Shown: in pieces, positions 19,501-27,530 of the stretch
Layout of the letters: each line of letters opens with the position of its first letter
Numbering within the stretch: position 1 is the first letter of the stretch
Source: Candidatus Heimdallarchaeota archaeon
GTDB lineage: Archaea > Asgardarchaeota > Heimdallarchaeia > Heimdallarchaeales > Heimdallarchaeaceae
DNA: 64,000 nucleotides
Direction of reading: 5' to 3'
Assembly: GCA_019057815.1 (NCBI GenBank)
Contig: JAHLWR010000013.1
Span: forward strand, 1-64,000
The notes under the pieces: model-generated
Seen by the model: the letters and a program-made list of their open reading frames with translations, nothing else
The model's database searches: none
Told to the model about the DNA's origin: nothing
Made by a program: the position numbers and the translations under genes

Positions 19501-20760
19501 TACATCTATTGAAATATTGAGCTCATTACCAATAATGTCGCTATTATTTAATGGGCTTTTAACATAAATTAGAGGATGTCTTTTGATAAGAATTATTTCT
19601 AGATTTGTTTCTTCTTGAGTTGCAAATGTAATCCTTTCTGAATAAAGACCATATTCAGCTATTGCAACATAGTTCCCATCATTAATTGTCTTGGTAGCTT
19701 GTCCAGTACTGTTAGTTGTTAAATGATAGGTGTTTTTTTCCACAAAAAATTCTTCTTGTTCTTGACTATAAATTGTGATTTTAGCCTCTTCAATTGGTTC
19801 ATCTTCATCTGTAATTACTCTGAAATTCACTTCTCTCCGCATAAAAGGAACAAAAAGGATTATATCAGTATCATTATTTTGAATAATTAGTTTAACAGGA
19901 TTAGACAATATTCCTTCTATGTTTGCTTGGAATTCATATTCACCGAAAGGAAGAGTCGTTGTAATTTTATCTGTATTAATTAATATTTCTTCTCGGAAAT
20001 CATCTCCCTTGCTTGTCTTAACATAAAGAGTTGAATTCATTGCCGATGGCGTTTCATATGATAGAACTTGAACTGTAACCGTGTATTTGTTAGTAACTAG
20101 TTCCCTAATATATTCTTTTGATTCAATGACATTCAGATCTATTTTCACACGAATATGAGATACATAATCGAAGGTTTCAAAAGATAAAAATTGACCAACC
20201 CAGAGAGGAGCAATTATTTCATCATCTAAAAGTGTCCCTGTGGTTACAATTGATTTGACTTTTAGTTCAAGAGCTGAATCAGATCTTGTTGAGAAAACTG
20301 TTAAGAAATCTCCTAAATGTAGATGATTTCTCTCTGCGAAGTTTACCCCTAAACTTACTTCTGTTGTATCATTAGCGTTTAATACCTTGCCGATAATTTG
20401 AATAATATCCGTGAATTCCCAAAATTCGTTTACATCAATACCTCTAAAATAAACAGCGCTAGTTTTGTAAACAGCTGCTGTCATTACTTCTGGACTGACT
20501 CTGAGAACTCCAGGAATTTTGCTTATTGTCTCAGCTAAATCCAATGGTAAAATGCTTGTATAAGGGGTTGAAGCGTAAGGATTTGAAATAACAACTACAT
20601 CGTCAGTTTCTCCAAGATACGTGCTAGTTGATTCTACAATACTAATCATTAAAAGTGCCCCCCCTGAAATAATTGTGGAGCTTATCAGAAATCCAATAAA
20701 CGCTATTAAGATTCGTTTCTTTGGAAGTACATTGTAGAGAAAAAGCTGTCTGTAGTCCAT
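16567..20760 (-). CDS. FtsX/MacB-like ABC permease with ~1200-aa extracellular region
   Basis: N-terminal TM, MacB-type periplasmic core, Ig/prealbumin-like repeats (DNTPP, DSTPP, TNxxG), C-terminal ESRRETVIIKTIGG plus 3 TM. Confidence 0.8.
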   Translation of the reverse strand: MDYRQLFLYNVLPKKRILIAFIGFLISSTIISGGALLMISIVESTSTYLGETDDVVVISNPYASTPYTSILPLDLAETISKIPGVLRVSPEVMTAAVYKTSAVYFRGIDVNEFWEFTDIIQIIGKVLNANDTTEVSLGVNFAERNHLHLGDFLTVFSTRSDSALELKVKSIVTTGTLLDDEIIAPLWVGQFLSFETFDYVSHIRVKIDLNVIESKEYIRELVTNKYTVTVQVLSYETPSAMNSTLYVKTSKGDDFREEILINTDKITTTLPFGEYEFQANIEGILSNPVKLIIQNNDTDIILFVPFMRREVNFRVITDEDEPIEEAKITIYSQEQEEFFVEKNTYHLTTNSTGQATKTINDGNYVAIAEYGLYSERITFATQEETNLEIILIKRHPLIYVKSPLNNSDIIGNELNISIDVTQGYSIFYYIDGNTLDVHEYFRAEEGEIKPTKFIVPFENGEHSLTVIVFNSDYNWREGKEKNYGTAEVHFTVTDDFTKMGIFYNAMNGTQLRPNTLIVVNTSIQFSQDVMYKWDKTEWNVMNQYIHVPSEIGLHKLFLHASFGTVNKEWVYYFSVTDNPEKLGVLGMQSNKCLKNNDTIKIWHDNSFEEIFFYWDNNTEQELTNNNEILAQGLSDGIHILTLAGKDSTEWFNKTYEIKIDNTPPLIFLDVLNNSVVNSGSIINCYYNENFSKLSFSWDDNIFSKAYENKILVPELNGNHTLAILVEDLSGNQNLSLYSFKVENFTGVPIDFFLSHEYSGIINQSFIDLFLISSQPSFTITYKILGVTNKSGTYTTNMKLYLHPGTYTLTVKFWLTFWDTKTRVWNFIIPEGLNVSYFESSLINDSYEGEFFIQFPYFDVNYTLTSSQTLFLMDGDYYCFTNLIGSSNSTSEISFLVDSTPPILTVISPNKGENEIDVFLILESDATEIYLKLDTLPDLYTYSGTVLLNFSKPGETHKLTFYLIDAYYNYETIVYRFTTGLDYVPFNLTFQLWDAGSPQPVKNLNISIQSVLNKTLWKGQTNDNGNLEFLILPGDFLVNFTYESRTHSFTLNSAETMSETITVGTANLTIFVKDYFSDSPIRNQYCIIRNHDGQRLQSLRTNVNGMVQTVIEIGEYVCYFSRNDEILALPFEVFLFNQTVIFNIPSVKTDITFSFKYDNGTLVYNLPIEFNTLLEGTIVTSTGLKSSVSLHIAYGNINITVEMKNGELVTFRRIFEPGIANIEIVLRSVSESQYIIIPFKPIGDFDILISLSFEYMDYYLKGSLLFTYTLVYTEIILILVVVIVNMLTILRNVYSESRRETVIIKTIGGTNFHTIISIFSRLAIVAVGASIIGYGLGAAVLIILAKTNKNVFFGHTFTPNANWEIFLLNLALMMFAVFVSTFLIARKTKKMRIAYTRR

Positions 20761-21917
20761 TAGATTTCCTCTTTAATCACTTTTATTTGTGCAGCTTTAA
20801 GCGATGGATATATACCTGAGATTACTGATAAAACTAATGAAAAAAAGAATATTATTCCTATCAATTGAATCTCAATTTGAAGTGCAATAAATGGTAACCC
20901 TGTGGATGCTGATATAATTGCAACAATAGCACTCACTCCTAAATAGCCAATCATTAATGAAAGAAGAGCACTAATTATACCTATTAAGAGTGCTTGAATC
21001 ATAAAGAGTGACACAATTCCTGTTTTTGTTGCACCTATTGATCTCAGGATAAAAATAGTATCTTCACTTTCTCTAACTAATGAATAAATTGTATATGTTA
21101 TCGAAACCAACATTAAACCGAAGAACATTATTACAAGTAATGTTAGTGTTTGAATCACTTCATTTGTTGCATAAATGATGAAATTCTGTGTCTGCTTTTC
21201 CTCAAAAACATCTAGATGCGGATAATGGTCTTTAATTTCTTTTTTTATCGTATCTATTTCTCTTGTGTCTATTATTTTTAATTCTACAAAAGAATAGTAC
21301 TCAATAGTAAGAAAACTTTCAATGAACTCAAATGAAGAAAGTATTTCAACATCGTATTCCTGCCCAGATTCTATTATATTGTGAACATCAACCGTTTTAT
21401 TAAGAATAAGTGAGTTTTCAGTATTATTCTTTATTAGAAGTAAATCACCAACGCCAGTAAGCATGAGAGAAGAAAGATGTTGTCCAATTATTACTTCTCC
21501 CTCTTCTGGAAATCCCAGATTGTAAGTATATTGATGATGTTGGAGATGTTCAAATTTCTCAAAATCTACTATCCTTAAGAACGTGCTCCGCGTCTCACCT
21601 AGATTGTTTTCAACACTTATAGGGACATAGATTTGAGGAAGAACGACTTCAATATTAGGTGTTGTTTTGGAGAATTCTTCTAAAAATTGCAGAACCTCTA
21701 AATCGATTCTACTTCCTGAAAGTGTTTCACCTTCTTCTACTACTAATAGTAGATTTGAACGTTTAACAATTGATGCCATACCACTTATATTGGATGAATA
21801 TCCTGATACTAGCAATGTTGTAGCTAGATAGATGACTAATGCTAATGTGAGTGCAAAGATTGCTTGAAAAGTTCGTTTTCTGTTATGGAAGAAAAATTTG
21901 AAAGCAAAATCTAACAT
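20760..21917 (-). CDS. FtsX/MacB-like ABC permease
   Basis: 1+3 TM topology, ESEDTIFILRSIGAT, GIYPSLKAA. Confidence 0.88.
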   Translation of the reverse strand: MLDFAFKFFFHNRKRTFQAIFALTLALVIYLATTLLVSGYSSNISGMASIVKRSNLLLVVEEGETLSGSRIDLEVLQFLEEFSKTTPNIEVVLPQIYVPISVENNLGETRSTFLRIVDFEKFEHLQHHQYTYNLGFPEEGEVIIGQHLSSLMLTGVGDLLLIKNNTENSLILNKTVDVHNIIESGQEYDVEILSSFEFIESFLTIEYYSFVELKIIDTREIDTIKKEIKDHYPHLDVFEEKQTQNFIIYATNEVIQTLTLLVIMFFGLMLVSITYTIYSLVRESEDTIFILRSIGATKTGIVSLFMIQALLIGIISALLSLMIGYLGVSAIVAIISASTGLPFIALQIEIQLIGIIFFFSLVLSVISGIYPSLKAAQIKVIKEEI

Positions 21918-21994
21918 CTTACACTCTCTTTGTAACTCTAACTAGTCTAATAATATAAAATTTCTTCTGTGTTAGCTTAATTTAAAATTCTTCA

Positions 21995-23302
21995 TCAGAC
22001 TACTGGAGCCCAAACCTGGAAGAAAATTCTTTGTGATATTAAAGTTAAGTATATTGACACCCATATTGCTAAGAGAGAAGACACTTTAGTTTTCTGCGGT
22101 GTTACTCTATTTATTCCAATACCCATAAACAGTAGAAATCCATAGAAGAAAATGTTTAGTGGCATCGTGACAGCAAGCTGATAAGAAATTAACCCCGGTG
22201 TTGGATTTTGAACATCAAATCCAAAAGCTTCCAAATATTTTACTCCACCGATTGTTAAACATCCATATAATAGTATAATGGAAATTGAGGTGATGAAAAC
22301 TGAGTTTTTGTATGTTACAATCCATTTTTTTTCTCCAAGCATTAGAGAATATATTAGTGGAAAAATTATTACCCAAGTGAACCATGTAATAGAACCGATA
22401 AGAACTTGATCACCTAGATCTGATGCACCGATGTCTGTGAAACTAAAGGGTTTATTGTATTGTTCACCCAATAGTCCACCTGCGTACAGTGGATATGCAC
22501 GTATTTCAGTGAAGTACCCTTGTGCAAAGACCATGAAACTGAAGAATACAGCAAAGGAGATAAGAACTTGGACCAAGAAGTAGTTGGGTAGTACTAGTGC
22601 ATAACTTGCTCTTGTAGGTCGGGTTAAATAATCTTTGTTGAACCTGAAAATGTTTCCAACTTGTGTGTACTTGAATAAGACAAACAATACCAGTATAGGA
22701 AGCGCTATTACACCTATCAAAAAAAGCAATTGTAATATAAAATCACCAACAGAAGGGAGTTGATCTATTAATCTATGCCAAATAAACGTTGGAATGTTAA
22801 AAACAACATATATGTACCAGCATAAAATTGCTGTTGTAACGATTGTTGCTAAATAATCATAATACTTGAATTTCTTTTTTTGTATCCCAAAGTACCATAT
22901 CTTTTTGTTGACAATTTCAGTTACATCCTCTTCAAAATCAGTAAGAACTAACCCATCTATTCGTACCTCTCCATATTTTTCGAAGAAACGTTTAGCAAAC
23001 ATAGAAAGTAGTTCATCAGTATCCTTAAGATCCATTCTTTTATCCACAGTTAATACAAAAAGCAAGTCATTTCTTTCTTCCTTAAAGAGAATTCTAGATG
23101 TAACGAGTTCGAATTCAGAAATTTTTTCTCTCTGAGTCTCTGAAGCCATCGAATAGATCGCACTCATTAGACCTCCTGTGAGAGCTATATCAACTGTCTC
23201 TTCTGCTTTTTCAAACTCTTGACTATAAAATATTTGTCCGTATGTTGTTAGAATTAGCAAGTGCTTTAACAAAGTAAATTCCTCTTGGCGTATATCACAC
23301 AA
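21995..23302 (-). CDS. Longin-domain protein fused to a ~7-TM membrane domain (last five TM Yip1-like)
   Basis: LLILTTYGQIFYSQEF...LTGGLMSAIYSMASE...LLFVLTVD...FFEKYG longin pattern; seven hydrophobic helices. Confidence 0.7.
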   Translation of the reverse strand: MCDIRQEEFTLLKHLLILTTYGQIFYSQEFEKAEETVDIALTGGLMSAIYSMASETQREKISEFELVTSRILFKEERNDLLFVLTVDKRMDLKDTDELLSMFAKRFFEKYGEVRIDGLVLTDFEEDVTEIVNKKIWYFGIQKKKFKYYDYLATIVTTAILCWYIYVVFNIPTFIWHRLIDQLPSVGDFILQLLFLIGVIALPILVLFVLFKYTQVGNIFRFNKDYLTRPTRASYALVLPNYFLVQVLISFAVFFSFMVFAQGYFTEIRAYPLYAGGLLGEQYNKPFSFTDIGASDLGDQVLIGSITWFTWVIIFPLIYSLMLGEKKWIVTYKNSVFITSISIILLYGCLTIGGVKYLEAFGFDVQNPTPGLISYQLAVTMPLNIFFYGFLLFMGIGINRVTPQKTKVSSLLAIWVSIYLTLISQRIFFQVWAPVV

Positions 23303-23378
23303 TAATGTAATCTAGGCTAAAAAGATTACGGATAATTTTTGAAAAAATGCATAAACTGAAGTAAAAGGATATGGAAGG

Positions 23379-24632
23379 TTATGTTCCTTCAGAATATTTG
23401 TCTAGATAAGCTTCTTGTTCTGGAGTTAGATTGTCAATTTGGAACCCCATTAGAGAAAGCTTTAGTGATGCAATGTATTCGTCTTGTTCCCGTGGAATAT
23501 CATAAACTTTGTTTTCAAGATTTTTACCTTTTTCAGCTAATTCTATAAGACTTAGAAGTTGATTTGCAAAAGACATGTCCATTACTTCTGATGGGTGACC
23601 TTCAGCTGCTGATAGATTAACTAATCTTCCTTTTGCAAGCAAGTAAATTCTTCTTCCATTCTTCATAGTAAACTCTTCATTGTTAGTTCGAATTTCTCTA
23701 GAAGAGACAGAAATTGTTTCAAGTTCTTGTATGTTAATCTCTACATCATAATGTCCTGTATTGCATACAATAGCCCCATCTTTCATCGTCTCAAAGTGTT
23801 TACCTCTAATTATATCTCTCATTCCTGTAGCAGTTATGAAAATATCTCCTATTTTAGCAGCTTGTTCCATAGTCTTAACCTTGAATCCATCAAGTGCAGC
23901 TTTTAAAGCTTGTATAGAGTCCACTTCTGTCACGATTACATCAGATCCTGCACCAGAAGCGCGTTTTGCCAAACCTTTCCCACATTGACCATAACCTGCA
24001 ATAACAACAGCTTTACCTGCTAGTAGAATATTCGTTGCTCTAAGGATTCCATCTAACGTAGATTGTCCTGTGCCGTAAACATTATCAAAATCACGTTTTG
24101 TCTCAGCATCATTAACTGCAATTATTGGATACAATAGTTTTCCTGCGTTATCCATAGCTCTTAATCTATGAACACCTGTTGTAGTTTCCTCTGTACCACC
24201 AAGAATATTTTCTGCTTGCTCAGGATATTTTGAATGAACAACAAAGATAAGATCTGCACCATCATCCAAAGTAAGAGAGGGTTTGTGTTCTAGAACTTTA
24301 TCTATTGCCCAGTAAAATTCTTCTTTGGACATGCCATACCAAGCATATATTGGTATCTCATTTGCAGCTAATGCTGCTGCTATGTCATCTTTCGTTGACA
24401 AAGGGTTGCAACCACTCCAAGCGACCTTTGCACCAACAGCCACTAGGGTTTCTACTAAAACTGCTGTTTCTTTAGTAACATGTAAACATCCACCAACAAT
24501 TATGCCTTCAAGTGGTTTTGTTTCCGAAAACTTCTTTTTTAGGTGCATCAAAACAGGCATTCTAGATTCAGCCCAATCAATTTTCCTTCTTCCTTCTGCA
24601 GCAAGGTCGATATCTTTGATTTTAAATTGCAT
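23379..24632 (-). CDS. ahcY: Adenosylhomocysteinase
   Basis: GCLHVT, SGCNPLST, DDGADL, EETTTGVHRL, GRLVNL, GHPSEVMDMSF. Confidence 0.97.
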   Translation of the reverse strand: MQFKIKDIDLAAEGRRKIDWAESRMPVLMHLKKKFSETKPLEGIIVGGCLHVTKETAVLVETLVAVGAKVAWSGCNPLSTKDDIAAALAANEIPIYAWYGMSKEEFYWAIDKVLEHKPSLTLDDGADLIFVVHSKYPEQAENILGGTEETTTGVHRLRAMDNAGKLLYPIIAVNDAETKRDFDNVYGTGQSTLDGILRATNILLAGKAVVIAGYGQCGKGLAKRASGAGSDVIVTEVDSIQALKAALDGFKVKTMEQAAKIGDIFITATGMRDIIRGKHFETMKDGAIVCNTGHYDVEINIQELETISVSSREIRTNNEEFTMKNGRRIYLLAKGRLVNLSAAEGHPSEVMDMSFANQLLSLIELAEKGKNLENKVYDIPREQDEYIASLKLSLMGFQIDNLTPEQEAYLDKYSEGT

Positions 24633-24693
24633 GATTTACGCTTTGGTTTGATTTTAAAAAGCTGTCTTTTTCAACGAAGGAAAATATTAATCA

Positions 24694-25428
24694 GTGAAGA
24701 GTACATTAGCTGAAATAATGAAAGAATACTTCCCAGTGATTATTGCGCATAGAGGAGCTTCAAAAGAAGCCTATGAAAATTCTTTCGAATCGTTCAAGCT
24801 TGCTGTTGAACAAAAGGCTGATATGATAGAACTTGATACACATCTCACGAGTGATGGATATTTTATTGTCCATCACGATGCTAGTGTACAATATAACGAT
24901 AGATCTTATGTTATATCTAAAACACCATTGGAAATAATAGAGGATTTGAATCTACCAAACGGCGAAAAAATTCCACTCTTAGACAATGTGCTTAAAAGAT
25001 TCCTTCCTCAAATTAAATTCAATATAGAAATAAAGTGCCCAGTTAAAAAATCAGAATTTGATGAACTACTTTCTTCTATTGAATATAAAGGAAACAGAAT
25101 AATTGTGAGTTCGTTTCTAAGAGAAACGTTGTATGAAATGAAAGATTCAAAGCATAACATCCCCCTAGCATTTATTTACCTTTTCCCCGGACCTAACGCA
25201 ATAAAAATGTTTAAGGTTGCTCACATTTCTGCTATGAATCCTTATTATAAACTCTTGAGCAAGAAATCAGTGAGAAAATATCATAAAGCAGGGAAAAAAA
25301 TCTACCCATGGACAGTGAACAATTACAAAGACATTGAGAAATTGGTAAAAAGAAGTGTCGACGGAATAATAACCGATAGTCCAAAGAAAACTAGAAAAAT
25401 TGTTGAAAAATGCTTAGAAATTTTTTAA
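24694..25428 (+). CDS. Glycerophosphodiester phosphodiesterase
   Basis: IAHRGAS, ENS, IELDTH, VHHD, NIEIK, WTVN, DGIITD. Confidence 0.93.
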   Translation: MKSTLAEIMKEYFPVIIAHRGASKEAYENSFESFKLAVEQKADMIELDTHLTSDGYFIVHHDASVQYNDRSYVISKTPLEIIEDLNLPNGEKIPLLDNVLKRFLPQIKFNIEIKCPVKKSEFDELLSSIEYKGNRIIVSSFLRETLYEMKDSKHNIPLAFIYLFPGPNAIKMFKVAHISAMNPYYKLLSKKSVRKYHKAGKKIYPWTVNNYKDIEKLVKRSVDGIITDSPKKTRKIVEKCLEIF

Positions 25429-25443
25429 GAAATGAGTATACAA

Positions 25444-26154
25444 CTAATAGTGTGTTAATTTTACTAAAGAAAAGTTGTATTCTTGCCATTCAGTTATACT
25501 TTTGATTTTGTTAACAAATGATTCAATGTCATCAATATTTATATCAAAAAGGACACTTACAATTTCAGGTGTGAAACCTTGTTCTAGAATTGATTTGTAA
25601 TCTTTAGGTTCTTCAATGACTTCAAGATGAAAAGCATCATTCTTTGACACCATAACTTCAATTAATTCAGGTTTGAATTCATTTATAGTTTTTGTATATA
25701 TTTGGACAAATTCTGTTTTTTTGGCTAGTTCTTTGCTTACTCTTACAGATGTACTATCATAGTTTCCTTCTTTTCTGAATATTCCAACTAACCAAAACGA
25801 CTGGCTAGGTAATGTTACTTCAATATATGAACAGCTGTTTTTTTTCGCTATTTCTTCTATATTTTCAATGATTTCCCTTGCTAGTTCTATTGAACGATGT
25901 TTTAATGAACAAACAATTTCGTCGACAACTAAAGTATATTTTCTCTCATCATCATCTTCTATTGGTTCTTCATCAACAAACCAAATGATATACCCCATAC
26001 TTTGAGCCTTAAATTCTATCATACTAATTATTGCTTTTTTTGAATCTAAAAGCGCATCCACTAAATCTTTATTAGAAACTTGATTTCCGTAAAGGGTCTT
26101 GAGTAAACTATTTAACTCCTGTGAAGTCTTAGGATTTTTTAAGTCTCTAAACAT
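25444..26154 (-). CDS. Hypothetical protein, N-terminal GNAT-like fold
   Basis: GYIIW...VVDEIVCSLKHRSIELAREIIENIEEIAKKNSCSYIEV resembles GNAT motif A with a degenerate acetyl-CoA loop. Confidence 0.45.
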   Translation of the reverse strand: MFRDLKNPKTSQELNSLLKTLYGNQVSNKDLVDALLDSKKAIISMIEFKAQSMGYIIWFVDEEPIEDDDERKYTLVVDEIVCSLKHRSIELAREIIENIEEIAKKNSCSYIEVTLPSQSFWLVGIFRKEGNYDSTSVRVSKELAKKTEFVQIYTKTINEFKPELIEVMVSKNDAFHLEVIEEPKDYKSILEQGFTPEIVSVLFDINIDDIESFVNKIKSITEWQEYNFSLVKLTHY

Positions 26155-26238
26155 AATTAGACGTTTTTTAGCTAACTTAAATAAAGATGTTTTGTTTGTT
26201 TGAATTATAAAATAAAAAAGAAATAAAAGAAAAAAAAG

Positions 26239-26655
26239 TTATGCTGTTATAGTGATATCTTTTGCTATATTGTCTTCACCTGAAGTGAATGAGAACGTAA
26301 ATGTGTATTCAGTTCCCACTACAAAAGCACCTTGGATTTTCAGCGATACTGTAGATTCTGCAACTATAGCTTGCCCTATCATGTTACCATCCGTTGAATT
26401 CAGAACAGAGATTGTTAAAGTTGGTGCTACTGCTACTGCCTCGACAGTTAATACACCACCACTTGCTTTAACGTCCACTATGAACTGTCTAGTTCCATTA
26501 CCAAGATCTGATGATCCGTCTTGATATGTAAAAATTGGTACAGCAGCTGGTTGAAGCATTGGAATTACTACTAGGAAAACAATTGCCGCAGCAGCTGTTA
26601 CTAGAGCAATGAGCAATACTGTTGCTATTACTGGAGAAACTCCTCGTTTTTTCAT
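26239..26655 (-). CDS. Archaeal type IV pilin-like protein
   Basis: Class III signal peptide KKRG|VSPVIATVLLIALV. Confidence 0.9.
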   Translation of the reverse strand: MKKRGVSPVIATVLLIALVTAAAAIVFLVVIPMLQPAAVPIFTYQDGSSDLGNGTRQFIVDVKASGGVLTVEAVAVAPTLTISVLNSTDGNMIGQAIVAESTVSLKIQGAFVVGTEYTFTFSFTSGEDNIAKDITITA

Positions 26656-26804
26656 TTTTTTTCACCTTATTAATTCACAAATGTGATGTTAAAAATATTG
26701 CTTGTTTATTTAAAAAAGTAGCGGTGGTACTGGTACTATACTATTTGTTTCTACTAATAATTGCTTATTCACAATGGTTTATATTGTGGTGTGTCTCTTA
26801 GACA

Positions 26805-27509
26805 TTGAAGGAAATGGATACAGCAGCTAACATTCTATTCCAATCTATAAGTGCTATTTATGAAGGCACTATTAGTGGAAATTCTTTGTATCCAGATCGC
26901 TACTTTTCGGAAAATAACAAAAACAATTATTATTACGGTTTTAAACTACAAGGATTAGCTTTTTCAAGAATCATTGCAAGATTCTACAAACTGAAAAAAG
27001 CTGTGTGTTTAGATATTTTATGGCTAGTCGATGACTCAAATATAAATGGAAATGGAATAGTCACTATATCTCAGAAATCAGGTGAAATAAGGATAGACGG
27101 TAGCCCTAATGAATATATTAGGGGTTTAAAAGAAGACGCGATGATTCACTCTTGTTATCTTGATTTACTCAATCTTAATGACTTTTTTGATAAAATAATT
27201 GTCGGATCTAAAGGATATATTAGTACAAAAAAGATGAAAGAAACAGATTTAAAATTAGCTGACCTTCCTATGAATCTATTTGGTTTCTCGAGAATTTTAT
27301 TAAAGTCCAATTCTTTGACAAATGAGAAATATATAGATTCTGCCACAAATGGATTGATTGCTATTATCGATTTAGTACAAAGATCTTTGGAGAAGTTGTA
27401 CTATTCTGAACCCAAAAAAGAAGATGCTAGTGTCTATTGTGTGAGATGTGGATACAAATTACCAAATGATTCTTATTATTGCGCTTTTTGTGGAAGTAAA
27501 CAAAGATGA
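26805..27509 (+). CDS. Hypothetical protein with C-terminal zinc ribbon
   Basis: YCVRCGYKLPNDSYYCAFCG at the C-terminus. Confidence 0.7.
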   Translation: MKEMDTAANILFQSISAIYEGTISGNSLYPDRYFSENNKNNYYYGFKLQGLAFSRIIARFYKLKKAVCLDILWLVDDSNINGNGIVTISQKSGEIRIDGSPNEYIRGLKEDAMIHSCYLDLLNLNDFFDKIIVGSKGYISTKKMKETDLKLADLPMNLFGFSRILLKSNSLTNEKYIDSATNGLIAIIDLVQRSLEKLYYSEPKKEDASVYCVRCGYKLPNDSYYCAFCGSKQR

Positions 27510-27530
27510 ACTACCTCCACCTAAACATGG

